NCBI RefSeq assembly: GCF_004010195.1
Contig: NC_057718.1
Coordinates: 46,093,897 to 46,157,896, forward strand
Reading direction: 5' to 3'
Source: Chiloscyllium plagiosum
Lineage: Eukaryota
DNA: 64,000 bases
In this document: positions 47,484 through 58,169 of the stretch, piece after piece
Layout: the number at the start of each line of letters is the position of its first letter
Numbering within the stretch: position 1 is the stretch's first letter
Notes under the pieces: generated by a model
Told to the model about the DNA's origin: nothing
Database searches by the model: none
The model's input: only the letters and a program-made list of their open reading frames with translations
Position numbers and translations under genes: made by a program

Positions 47484-50400
47484 TGCTTCCAATTAAACCT
47501 GTTGGACTATAAACTGGTGTTGTGTGATTTTTAACTTCTCACATCAGGTGGGTTTGGATACAGAAGTGGAGGAAAATGGGCTTGCTTCCTTCATCACTTT
47601 ACAATATAGCAGAAAGGATTTATGGTAGATCTTAGATGGAAGCGATGCCTATGAGGGAAAATAATTTAGATGCAGGTTTTTGTGATGGAGTCAAGGCAAG
47701 ACCAACCTTTGGATTAGATAAGGTTAAACAGCATGGATTAACTGGACTGTTGGAGAACTGAACAATTAACAATCAAATGCAGTCAAAAATTGAAGATAAT
47801 ATAGTGCGAGGGAGAGGGAAAGTAGGTTGAGTGAGATAAAATGAAGTTGTCTGTACAGTGGAAGATGAAAGAGAGTAATAGAAGAATGTGGGAATCTAGA
47901 GCATGGGAGAGTGAAGAAGGGAGAGCAGGGTTATTCACCAAGGGCATGGAGAGGAGGAAATAAATATAGAAGTAGAAGGATGGAGGAAGAAAATATGGTA
48001 CATTACAGGCACGAGAGATGGAAAATGTTATGGGACAGAATTAGGGAACTGGAAGGTGCATCAGAATAAAAATTAGAGGTCCAAGAATATGAGTTTGAGG
48101 ATCAGTGCCTAAGGGAGGATATCAGAGAGGTCGGAAAGGAGCGAAGGTGAGGAAAAGAAAGAGGGAAAGTCATAGATGGTAATAGGAAGTTGATGACTGG
48201 AGATTAGGAAGAGTGAAGAAGATCAAGGAGAGTGCCGATTGTAAGAGTGCAGGGAACCGACAGTGACCTTAGCAAAATCTCATGTTGTGTAAAATTATAC
48301 AATTGGGGAAGCATTGTGTGATCCCTTTAAAAGATGGTGTTACTTTTGGTGCTTAGAATTAAAATGGATGTCAGTGAGCTGCTTTAAAGTTTGCAGGAAC
48401 AGAGAGAGCCCGAATTGAAACATTTTGTATCGAAAGGCCAAACAGCAATTTTATAAAGACAGACTCAATTCTAATTTTTTAAAATTTTGATTTATATAGG
48501 TGGGACTTGTATTTCCTGGAACAGCATGCCATTAGAATCTTGTTTTATTCAGGAATAGTTAGTTGTTAGAGGGGAATTGTTCAGTTTGTTAATAGTTTAG
48601 TAATATGTTCACTGTTAGAGTTAGGTAAATAAATTGTTACCTGTTGATTTTGAAGTGAGTGTCAGAGGTTTAATCAGGCTTGGGAATTGCAACACACAAG
48701 CAAACTGCACCTGATTTAAGTGGTGCAAGGCAGCAAGCAAGCTTTGCGCTGCCTACTTCTTTCAATGGTGTGCAGAGGAGCCCAGGGCACATCATGATGA
48801 TCAGTGACTGCATACCTCCACAAGGCACCCAGTTCATGCAAGATTAGTGCCATTTAAAGCTGCACTACACGTTTTAATGGAGAGGTATATTCTGGTTGCA
48901 GCAAAGGCAGAAATCACTTGGAGTACATTTGAAGAGCTTCAGGAAGGACTTAAAATTATGCAAGAAGCAAATGAGTCTTCCCCAGATGTTTGGGAACGGC
49001 AGTTCAATTGCTAGTGCAGAACTAAACTGAATGAGAGAATAGAAACTTCCCAACCACAATGACTTGGGCATTAGTGAGAGAGTTGGGAAAATGAGATAAG
49101 ATGAGCTGTAAAGAGATTCTAGAAGTCCAGACCAAAACGTCTCATTTTGCAGCCACGTTTTGTGGCAAGGTCTCTTTGCATGCATTAACGTCTCGTTATG
49201 TGTTCAGCTTGCCTCACCGATATGCAGTGTCCCATTCTCCCACCTGCCATGAGAATAGCAACAATTCCCAAAATGGAAGTCAGGCTGGTTAGTTTGTCAA
49301 CTCGAGATGGCCACTTACTCCTCCATTCCTCCATCTTGGACACCAGTCACTAACATCTCAGAACACGCATCATGGACAGAGTGCGTGCACTCACCACTTA
49401 GAGACTTTGGCATTGGACATGTACTAGTCTCACTGCACCCCCATTGAATTATGGGAACCCCATTGTGTGGGAGAGGCCATTCAGCCCATCAAGTCCCCAC
49501 TGATCCTCTGAAGAGCATCCTAGCCCCACCAATCTATTTCTCCGATCCACATCTCTGATTCATTTACAATAGAGTCTGCAGTTCAGTGCTGCACTTCAGA
49601 GTGATCCAGCACTTTTCATTGGAGTGCTGCTGCCAGAACACCTTGCATTCAGAGACAGGGATCCAGTTCATGGATTAAACCAGGGTGCATTTTAAGATCC
49701 CTCACTTTGTCTCTTCGTGCTCAGTTACTTTGCATCTATTTTGATGCCACAGCATACCTGCCATGCTTTGCCCTGTCTTTATGCAGTCTGCTCTATCAGC
49801 TACAGCTTAAAGGCTTACAGTATTTCTGTCTTGCCTTGCCTTTTAGCAGACACACAAAGCTAGGAAGCTTGTCAAATTTGTCAGAATGATCTGTCAAGGG
49901 GCTGAACATGTTACAGTGTATCACTGTGCTACAACAATCTCATACCTACACCATGTTCCAGCTTCTTACACAGCAGACACACTGGATGTGCTTCACCGAA
50001 TAGTCAGGTTTCAAAGTCTACTGGAATTAGTCCTCAGTCAAGCCAAGGGAAACATCCTTCGATCAGCATTTTAAGTCAAGGACAACTTCTGTTCTCAGTC
50101 CAGGGGCTTGAGTACAGTTAGTCTGCCACTTGGGGCAGTCACAGTCAGGACTTTGTACCTCTACAATCCGGAGAGTGGGTCACCATCAGCCCTGTGTGTC
50201 CAGTGCAGCCAGCCCAGGAGTGGCAGGATGTCAGCTGGGGAGCTGCACACAGATCTGTCAGGGGCCTGGTCAGTCATCAACCAGGACTGTCTGTTCAAGT
50301 CAGTCTAGTGTATGGGTCACAGTCAGTCCTGGAGGTGCATCCACTGAAGGCCAAGGTTGGGGGGGGTCACTGCTATGGGAGGGAAGCTGACATCATCAGT

Positions 50401-51927
50401 TGTGGGAAATAGAGGCAGCATGTTGGAATACAGGTGGTATGGCAATTGTGAAGGGGAACAATTCAATAAAATTGGAAAGATAATCACAAATGAAAATGAA
50501 AAGGGGTGATGGTCATCGATAGTCAGCACCACTCTGGTTTCAATGGGGCACAATGCATTATGTATCTTGTATGATAACTTGTTGTGTCCAGGACAGAGGA
50601 GCTAAAATATGGAGATAAGCAGTTACATAAATGGATTAGGTGGGATCGTGGGCATGATCAGAACTGATAGGGTTGATGGGGAGGACTATCAAGAAAGAAG
50701 TATAAAGATTTAGGGTGTCACCTGAACGGAAAGGCTAACCATGTGACTCACTGTGTGATGAGTGACCATCGTGATACAAATAACAAGTGTAAAATGAGGA
50801 TGAAAATGGCAGTCACCAAACCCAGAGTGGCCAGGGCAAGTGTTTCATTCTATGAGGTGAAAGACAGCAACAATCACAAAGTGCTTGTTGAGTATGTGAA
50901 CCTTACTCATTAACCTCTTAACCACATCATGCAGCATCAGGAACCAATCACACTCATGGTTGTATTACACAAGCAATATATTTCAGCCTGAAAAGATTCA
51001 CCCTCATTGCTAAAGTAGCAATCACTTTCCAAGGTCCCACAGCCTGCAAGAGGTGCAGAAGCTACTCATTTCACACCTCAGACCAGGTGTGCCTGACTGG
51101 CTGTGCTTTCCCAGCACCACACTTTTTGTCTCGTATTAAGGATGACCAGGCTCAGTACATTGTTGTAGGTGTGGATATAAAGGCATTCACTCATGCAGTT
51201 CCCGTTGAGGTGTCAGTCTCAGAGCTGGCGGACAGTGCTAGAGGCAGCCTTGCTGCTTGAACCTCTGACAAATCTATTGCTTCTTCCTCAGAGGTGGAGG
51301 AGGCGATGTCTTGAGGGACTGATCTTGGCCCCTGAGAATATGTACTAACATCTATACTTACAGAAGACAGAAAAGAGAAAGCATCACAGACAAGTGGCAG
51401 AGGTTTGGCTGTATTAGAAATACATTCGCAGTGACAGAAAATGAGAGAGCAGCACAATAACAGGCAATGATTCTTACATTGCTGGTGGAATGTGATGGTT
51501 TTAGAATCACCACATGTCCAGTCCTGGTCTTCTCTGGAGAGGGGTAGGGTCCTTCCCTTGTAGAGGGTAAGGAGCCAAATGTCAGGCATCCTGTCGCTCA
51601 TCTTGACTCTCTTCACCCTACTGTGGGCCATTTTCTCCTGGATACGATAAAGAATTTGAATGAGTGAGATGACAATGGGTGTTTTAGTTGGTGCAGGTGG
51701 GCAGAGAGTAGGGAGGTATCTGTAATGAGTGAGTAAACACCACAGAGGCCATGCAGGGTTAAAACAATGGGGCTGGGGGTGGCGGGAGAGAGTGGGTTGG
51801 GTGGGTAACAGTGAGTGGGGGAAGATGTTGTAAACAATAGTGACAGTGCTGTACTGTGAGCACTGGGGGGAGGCTTGTGCAGAAGCAGAGACTGAGTGTA
51901 AGACAGCAGGGAGAAGATGAGTGACAG

Positions 51928-53365
51928 AGCAGTGTGCAGAGGACTGTGAAACTTTGCAGAGAAACATAGATACTTTAAGTGAGTGGGCAAAAGTCTGGCA
52001 GATGAAATACCATGTTAGTAAATGTGGAGTCATGCATTTTGGTAGTAATAACAGTAAAAGGACTATTACTTGAATTAAAAGGTTGCAGCATGCTGCTGTG
52101 CAAAGGGATCTCGGTGTCCTTGTGCATGAATCACAGAGAGTTGATCTGCAGGTACAACAGGTAATTAGGCAGACAAATGGAATTTTGTCCTTCATTGCTA
52201 AAGGGATTGAGTTTAAAACCAGGGAGGTAATGTTGCAGCTGCATAGGGTGCTGGTGAGGCTACATCTCAAGTATTGTGTACAGTTGTTGTCTCCTTAATT
52301 GACAAAGGATGTCCTGGCACTCGAGGAGGTACAGAAGAGGTTCAATAGGTTGATTCCAGAGTTGACAGGGTTGGTTTATGAGGAGAGAGTGAGTAAACTG
52401 GGATTATATTAATTGGAACTTAGAAGAATGAAGGGGAATCTTACAGAAATATTCAAAATTATAAAGGGAATAGATAAAATATACGTAGAGGGGATGTTTC
52501 CACTGGTGGGTGAAACTAGGACAAGAGGGCATTTGAACAGCTGGCCGTACATGGAAGTTGGAAGATGTGAGTGTGTGACTTTTAGCAATGTGATGTGTGC
52601 CAAAGGAAGGTGAAAATCATGACGGAGGAGCAGCACTCCGAAAGCTAGTGTGCTTCCAATTAAACCTGTTGGACTATAACCTGGTGTTGTGTGATTTTTA
52701 ACTTTGTATACCCCAGTCCAACACCGGCATCTCCAAATCAAGGGATGGTGAAGCATTTGAATGGTTGTTTTGTTGAAGGTAAATAGAACAGAATGCAATT
52801 GGCAAGCTTTAGTATGTAAGATTGCATTCACTGACCTTGATGTACATGTGAGGCCATTAAATATTTTGTGACACTGCAACCAGGTCATTGGCTGCTGGCA
52901 TTGCCGTCCCGAGTGACCTTCTCCATCTCCTGAGCAACTGTCTGAAGGAAGAGAAATCCTCAAACTTGTTCTGTGTCAGACTACTCTCCTACGAACCTGA
53001 CCTTGAGAATTTTTTAAAACACCGTCCAGAGTGATCTTCTCCATCTCCTGAGCAACTGTCTGAAGGAAGAGAAATCCTCAAACTTGGCGGGAGCAGAATT
53101 AGGACTGAATTGAGAAGGAACTTCTTCACTCAGAGGGTTGAAAATCTATGGAATTCCCTGCCCAGTGAAGTAATTGACGCTACTTTTGTAAATGTTTTTA
53201 AAGCTAAGATAGATTTTTTTTAACAATAAAGGAATTAAGGGTTATGGTGAGAGGGCGGGTAAGTGGAGCTGAGTCCTTGAAAAGATTAGCTATGACCTTA
53301 TTGAATGGCGGAGCAGGCTCAAGGGGCCAGATGGCCTACTCCTGCTCCTAGTTCTTATTTTCTTA
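51928..53365 (+). mobile_element. 5'-truncated CR1 LINE with a complex insertion at 52533-53075
   Basis: LQRNIDTLSEWAKVWQMKY...KCGVMHFG; VQRDLGVLVHESQ...ILSFIAKGIEFKTREVMLQLHRVLVRLHLKYCVQ; ETRTRGH | (insertion) | RTELRRNFFTQRV; tail CCTACTCCTGCTCCTAGTTCTTAT. Confidence 0.93.
52615..52738 (+). mobile_element. Single-arm insertion of the 47304-family PLE terminus
   Basis: GGAGCAGCACTCCGAAAGCTAGTGTGCTTCCAATTAAACCTGTTGGACTATAACCTGG...CCGGCATCTCCAAAT. TSD CAAAGGAAGGTGAA (52601-52614) / CAAGGGATGGTGAA (52739-52752). Confidence 0.88.
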
Positions 53366-53859
53366 CGTAGGATGTTTGCATCTACTTCATGGGATGGAGA
53401 AGGTCATTGAATTTCTTTTTGGATTTCTGGACACTTCTCGATCGTGAATAATGTTCTGACAGCCTGGCAATGTCATAGTCTCCTATGCCAGGCCTGGGAC
53501 AAGAGAACGTCCCTCCTCAGCACCTTCCTGCCCACCAGGACCTCCAGGTTCCAGCTTGCAGAGCAGGCTATCAAATTCACTTTGCCCAATATGTCTGGGA
53601 CAATTCATACAAACCAAACAGGGCAGATCCAAACTGACTGCAGTTGACCTGGGTGCACAACTGGGTTTTAAATATGGCGCCAGCTCCAGTGGCTGCAGCA
53701 ATGGCTAAGTGGGAGAATACGAGTTGGCATGTTAGATGTGTAATGAGAAGACTTTGGGAAGGTTGCATGAGAAATATCACCAGGCTGCAAGGAGAGAAGC
53801 CCATCCTAAAACTCAGCAAAATTGATATTTTGCTGATTTCTGGCAAAATTTATCTGTTG

Positions 53860-54615
53860 GATTCTCTTCTTTCAGACAGTTGCTCAGAAGGTGAAGAAGG
53901 TCACTTTAGACAGCAATGCCAGCAGCCAATGACCTGGATGCAGTGCCGCAAGATTTTTAATGGCCTCACATGTCCATCAAGGTTAGTGAATACAACCTTA
54001 CATACTAAAGCTTGCCAATTGCATTCTGTTCCATTTACCCTCAACAAAACAACACATTCAACTGCTTCACCTTCTCTTGAAACACACTACATTGCTAAAA
54101 GTCACATACTCACATCCTTCAACTTCCACGTATGGTTGGCTGTTCAATATTAGCAGGCATATCACCAAAACACATAGCAGTGCACTCACTGACACACTTA
54201 CCTCTCATTAGTAGGACTAGGTGGGCCAATAATAGGCACCAGAAAAAACCCACTGTAGCTGACCCTCATTTGTGAAATGGCACCGGTGATACTTGGAGCT
54301 GTGGACACTAAAACTGTGACCTGTACTGTTGCTAAAACCATTGAGAATGACAGAGTGTCTGTGCTTATTGGACCTTCTCAAACCCCATTTCACTCACATC
54401 CAGCAATCTCTTATGACGTAGAAGCTCTAGATGCTGTAATCATACACTCTTTTTACTATCGCCTGACTCTCCACAACTAAGCCACTTCTCATTCTTTTAT
54501 GTTTTCAGGTGCTTTCACCCTGCAGCCAGTGTTGCCTAATGGAACTGTAGACTGAGGAGGAATAAACATATCACTTAATCTGATACTCGCATCCACCAGC
54601 TCAGATACTGGGAAA
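53860..54615 (+). mobile_element. Second Harbinger Myb/SANT-like relic
   Basis: MTWMQCRKIFNGLT (compare RTWxQCRKKFNDLT) followed by donor-like AG|GTTAGT. Later TTTTCAG|G acceptor-like site and EEE...SLNLILASTSSDT. Confidence 0.55.
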
Positions 54616-54708
54616 GCAATAGAGCGTAATATCGAGGTATGGTTTGTACATGGTCAGCTGAATTTTATGGGGACTGTAGGACTGTGTAAGGAGCATTGAA
54701 GGTGAGGA

Positions 54709-54735
54709 GGGGGGAGGGGGAGGGGGAGGGGAGGG
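54709..54735 (+). repeat. (G3-6 A)n tract, G-quadruplex-capable
   Basis: GGGGGGAGGGGGAGGGGGAGGGGAGGG: five G runs with 1-nt loops. Confidence 0.8.
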
Positions 54736-55094
54736 TGAATGAAAAAAACATGGTTGCCTTGTCTTGATGTGGCAAGCTTATGTTATTCCTCATGACATTA
54801 AAAAGTAGGATGTGAGTATTCTAGTAATGGAAAGATGAAAAATGCATTCATTACAGATTCCTAAAGTATAAAAAAAGTTATTACATTTATAGATGCATCA
54901 ATGTAGGCTAACATTAAGATATTCAGTTATAACAGCAGAACATGTGCCTTGCAGCATATCAGGCTTTAAGTGATCTCAGTAAGATGGCATCTGAGACTTT
55001 GATATCCTCAGGTAACAAGCACAGGATAATGTCAAGAGCATGTCTCTTAAGGATATACTGACTATGGGAGATATGATAGAGACATTGCCTGATG

Positions 55095-55352
55095 TGGGAA
55101 AGGAAATGAGGAGGAATTTCTTCAGCAGAGGGTGGTGAATCTTTGGAACTCATTGCCACAAAAGGTTGTGGAGCCTAAGTCATTGAGTGCATTTAAGACA
55201 GATAGCTAGGTTTTCTCATTGGTAAGGGGATCAAGGATTACAGGGAGATTACAGGAGAATGGGTAAGGGAAACATATCAGCCATGATTGAATGGCAGAGC
55301 AGATGTGATGGGCCAAATGGCTTAATTCTGCTGCAATCTCTTATGGTCTTAT
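55095..55352 (+). mobile_element. CR1 3'-end fragment
   Basis: GAAATGAGGAGGAATTTCTTCAGCAGAGGGTGGTGAATCTTTGGAACTC...ATCAGCCATGATTGAATGGC...CTTATGGTCTTAT. Confidence 0.85.
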
Positions 55353-55423
55353 AACTAGCATAGCAAGCCATTCAATTGTATCAGTTACTAAAAAGTCTCA
55401 AAAAAGGATAAAAATGGAGAGAT

Positions 55424-55578
55424 AAAGAACATAAGAACATAAGAACCAGGAGCAGGAGGAGGCCATCTGGCCCCTCGAGCCTAGTCCACCATTCAATAAG
55501 ATCATGGCTGATCTTTTCATGGCCTCCGCTCCACTTACCTGCCCTCTCACCATAACCCTTAATTCCTTTACTGTTCAA
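55424..55578 (-). mobile_element. CR1 3' tip (same subfamily as 53220-53365)
   Basis: AAGAACATAAGAACATAAGAACCAGGAGCAGGAGGAGGCCATCTGGCCCCTCGAGCC...CCATAACCCTTAATTCCTTTA. Confidence 0.88.
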
Positions 55579-55639
55579 TAAGTTAGTAAGAACACCTAGC
55601 ATCAACCAAGGCAGCAGAAATGATAGGTCAGATAGGAAT

Positions 55640-56160
55640 CATGCTCACCTTCTGAGTCCCAAAAGCCTGTCCACGATATACAAGATACAAATTAGGCACT
55701 TGTAGATTAGTGAAGCTTCAGCAACACTCAACAGGCTTGACATAATCAAGGATGTGTTTGGCACCACATCCATAAACATTCACTTCCTTCAGCACTGCAA
55801 CTCAATAGCAGCAGCGTATACCATCTACTACAGAAATTCACTGAAGCTCCTCAGACACCACATTTTAAACTCATGGTCATTGCTATCTAGAAGGACAAGG
55901 ACAACAGATACAAGGGAATATCACCACCTGCAAGCTCCCCTCCAAATCATTCACTACCTTGACTTGGAGAAATAACACCATTCTTTGGGGTTGCTGGGCC
56001 AATATCCTGGGACTCCCTCCCTAACTGCATTGTGGATGTACCTACAGCAAAATGCACTGCAGTGATTCAAGAAGTCAGCTCACAACCATCTTCACAAGGG
56101 CAACGACGGATCAACAATAACTATTGGCACAGCCAGCCATGTCTAACCCCCATGAGTGAT
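55640..56160 (+). mobile_element. CR1/L2-group LINE 3' end (second family)
   Basis: FGTTSINIHFLQHCNSIAAAYTIY..NSLKLLRHHI...RRTRTTDTREYHHLQAPLQIIHYLDLE; SWDSLPN; FKKSAHNHL. Confidence 0.8.
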
Positions 56161-56369
56161 TTTCTTTTTAATTTTCATGTCTAGTTTCTATTCATTGTAC
56201 TGTAGAATAGGAAACTGCACATTAATGAGGTGAGATTCAATGGTGATAAGGATGATAGTGAGCAATATTCCTATTAAACTGCCTCTCGCCACTCACTAGT
56301 CAGAATCCTATCTCGACACCTGGAACACTGTTGGAAAATGGTAGGATGTATGCCAGAGACATTGCCATG

Positions 56370-56533
56370 GTGGGAAAGGAAATGAGGAGGAATTTCTTCA
56401 GCCAGAGGTTCATGCTGTTATGGAACCCATGGCTTCAATGGGCTGTGGAGGCCAAGTCATTGAGTGCATATGAGACAGCAATAGAGAGGTTCTTGATTAG
56501 TAAGGCGGTGAACAGTTAGGGGAGGAGGCAGGA
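56370..56533 (+). mobile_element. CR1 3'-region fragment
   Basis: EMRRNFFSQRFMLLWNPWLQWAVEAKSLSAYETAIERFLISK. Confidence 0.8.
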
Positions 56534-57187
56534 GGCTTTGCTTCAATTGTCATGTAATTCTCCCAGATTTCGCTTGATGGTCCAGGTCATCTTGATTCTG
56601 TCCTGAGTCTCCCAGAGATTCCCAGAGAGTCACAGAAAGGTGTTGAATGTGCCACATTATAACTAATTGTGATGTAAACTTGCTATTTGCTTCCTGAAGA
56701 AAGGAGGAAGCAATATCATCATAAAAGGTTTTTTTAAGAAACTTTACAAAACAGAAGGAGGTAGTCACTCAAAACTTACTCGTTGGTGAAACAAAGATAT
56801 ATGAACCTATTGGAACCTGGGAGAAACTGCAGACTGCTTGCTTCAAGGATTGTCATTCCACGGGGAGTATGATTTGGGATAAGTATAAATAAGGAATGGA
56901 TCTTTTTGCTATTTAAGTAGTCTACAAAAAAAAAGTATTGATTCAAAAATAGAAATTGATGGAGAATGGCAGCATCTATAGAGAGAAAGCAGAGTTAAAT
57001 TTTTAGGTCCAGTGTCCCTTTATCTTCAAATATGAAATATCACAATGCAAATTTTGCAGCTATTAATTGGAAGTTCAAATCTCTTTCAAAGGTTAGCAGT
57101 CTCTATGGAGATAACTTGAGAAGCTAAACTACTGAAGATCAGATGTCAGGACAAAATGCCAGGTACTGAGTTGCTCCCCTGAACTGG

Positions 57188-57348
57188 CATAGAGTCATAC
57201 AGTAATACAGATGTACAGCATGGAAACAGACCTTTCATCCAACTCGTCCATGCCGACCAGATATCCTGGATATGTCTATTCCCAATTGCCAGCATTGACC
57301 CATATCCCTCTAAGCCCTTCCTACTCATATTCCCATCCTGATGCCTTT
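57188..57348 (-). mobile_element. CR1/HER1 3' tip
   Basis: CATAGAGTCATA...GATGTACAGCATGGAAACAGACCTTTCATCCAACTCGTCCATGCCGACCAGATATCC is antisense to 2940-3084. Confidence 0.88.
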
Positions 57349-57515
57349 TTGCTAAGTATCCACAGCATACTGAGACAGTCATAACCAATCTGGGCTGGTC
57401 ATGTAGACAGAAAAGCTGGCTTGCTTTCCAAAACAATCCACCCACTGAGTCCGAGGTTTGTTCTCATGGTGCTCGGTGGAAAGACCATGAGAACACTCGC
57501 CAAGGAGTTTTCATC

Positions 57516-57855
57516 AGAGAATCTCTACACTGTGGAAACAGGCCATTCAGCCCAACAAGTCCACACTGACCCTCTGAAGAGTAATCTACCCAAACCCATT
57601 CCTACCACTTTATATTTTCCCCTGTCTAATGCACATAATCTACTCATCCCAGAACACAATGGACAATTTAGCATGGTCATTTCACCTAACCTGCACATCT
57701 TTGGATTATGGGAGGAAACTGGAACACCCAGAGAAAGTCCACACAGACATGGGGAGAGTGTGCAAACTCCACGCAGACAGTTCCCCGAGGCTGGAATTGA
57801 ACCCAGGTCCCTAGTGTTGTGAGGCAACAGTGCTAACCGTTGAGCCACTGTGCCA
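57516..57855 (-). mobile_element. HE1-type SINE, full length
   Basis: Minus strand GGCACAGTGGCTCAACGGTTAGCACTG...GGTTCAATTCC; body and tail as in the other copies. Confidence 0.93.
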
Positions 57856-57940
57856 TGATATTGAGTGTGAGTCCTAGGAGAAGATCACCCTGGATCATTG
57901 CGCCTGACATAACCAAATTAAAAGCAGCATTAAAAGTAGC

Positions 57941-58169
57941 CAGACTTTGTCTGTCCAACTATTCTTCTCTCTCTTTGTGCCCCTCTCCACCTATTATTTA
58001 CTTCTTACCCCTTCCCCCACCCCTATCTGCTGAATAAAACCCAACATTCTCCTAGCTGCCACTAGGTTCTGAGGAAGGGCAACTGCACCTGAAACATTAA
58101 CTCTGATTTCTCTTCATAGGTGCTGCTAGACCTGCTAAGCCTTTCTGGCAATTTCTGTTTTTGTTGTTG
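57941..58169 (+). mobile_element. Penelope-like 3' UTR/terminus with hammerhead motif
   Basis: GGUU-CUGAGGA-A-GGGCAACUGCACCU-GAAA-CA-UU-AACU at 58065-58102 (stem I GGUU/AACU). TSD TTAAAAGTAGC (57930-57940) / TTAAAAGTGGC (58170-58180). Confidence 0.78.

Larger units (their letters stand above)
47304..47540. mobile_element. Penelope-derived fold-back cassette with two intact inverted hammerhead cores
   Basis: Inverted arms 47341-47435 / 47442-47537; 9-bp TSD ACATCAGGT (47295-47303 / 47541-47549). PLE origin is inferred from architecture and the hammerhead core, since this family shows no coding remnant in the window. Confidence 0.88.
51190..53600 (-). mobile_element. Harbinger Myb/SANT-like (ORF2) gene relic, with its intron-like region interrupted by a CR1
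   Basis: 53380-53580 (-): LEVLV...LRRDVL... and KKFNDLL. 51500-51640 (-): QEKMAHSRVKRVKMSDRMPDIWLLTLYKGRTL (compare QEKxAHNRRER..TGGG.PDI..LT.YEERAL). 51190-51310 (-): acidic Ser/Thr-rich STSEEEA...SSETDTS. Confidence 0.6.

Noticed and set aside
31999..47540. CRISPR array or pre-miRNA interpretation of the recurrent palindromes
   Set aside because: This is eukaryotic DNA with no repeat-spacer periodicity. The hairpins are dispersed TE copies with TSDs, and I have no expression evidence for a miRNA.
47700..48270. Purine-rich tract as a functional element
   Set aside because: It is most simply the antisense of a decayed pyrimidine-rich LINE (L2-like) segment, and too degenerate to call.
51191..52270. 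359-aa minus-strand ORF as a host gene
   Set aside because: It is a chimera of antisense CR1, low-complexity intron-like sequence and short Harbinger Myb-like remnants, with no coherent protein.
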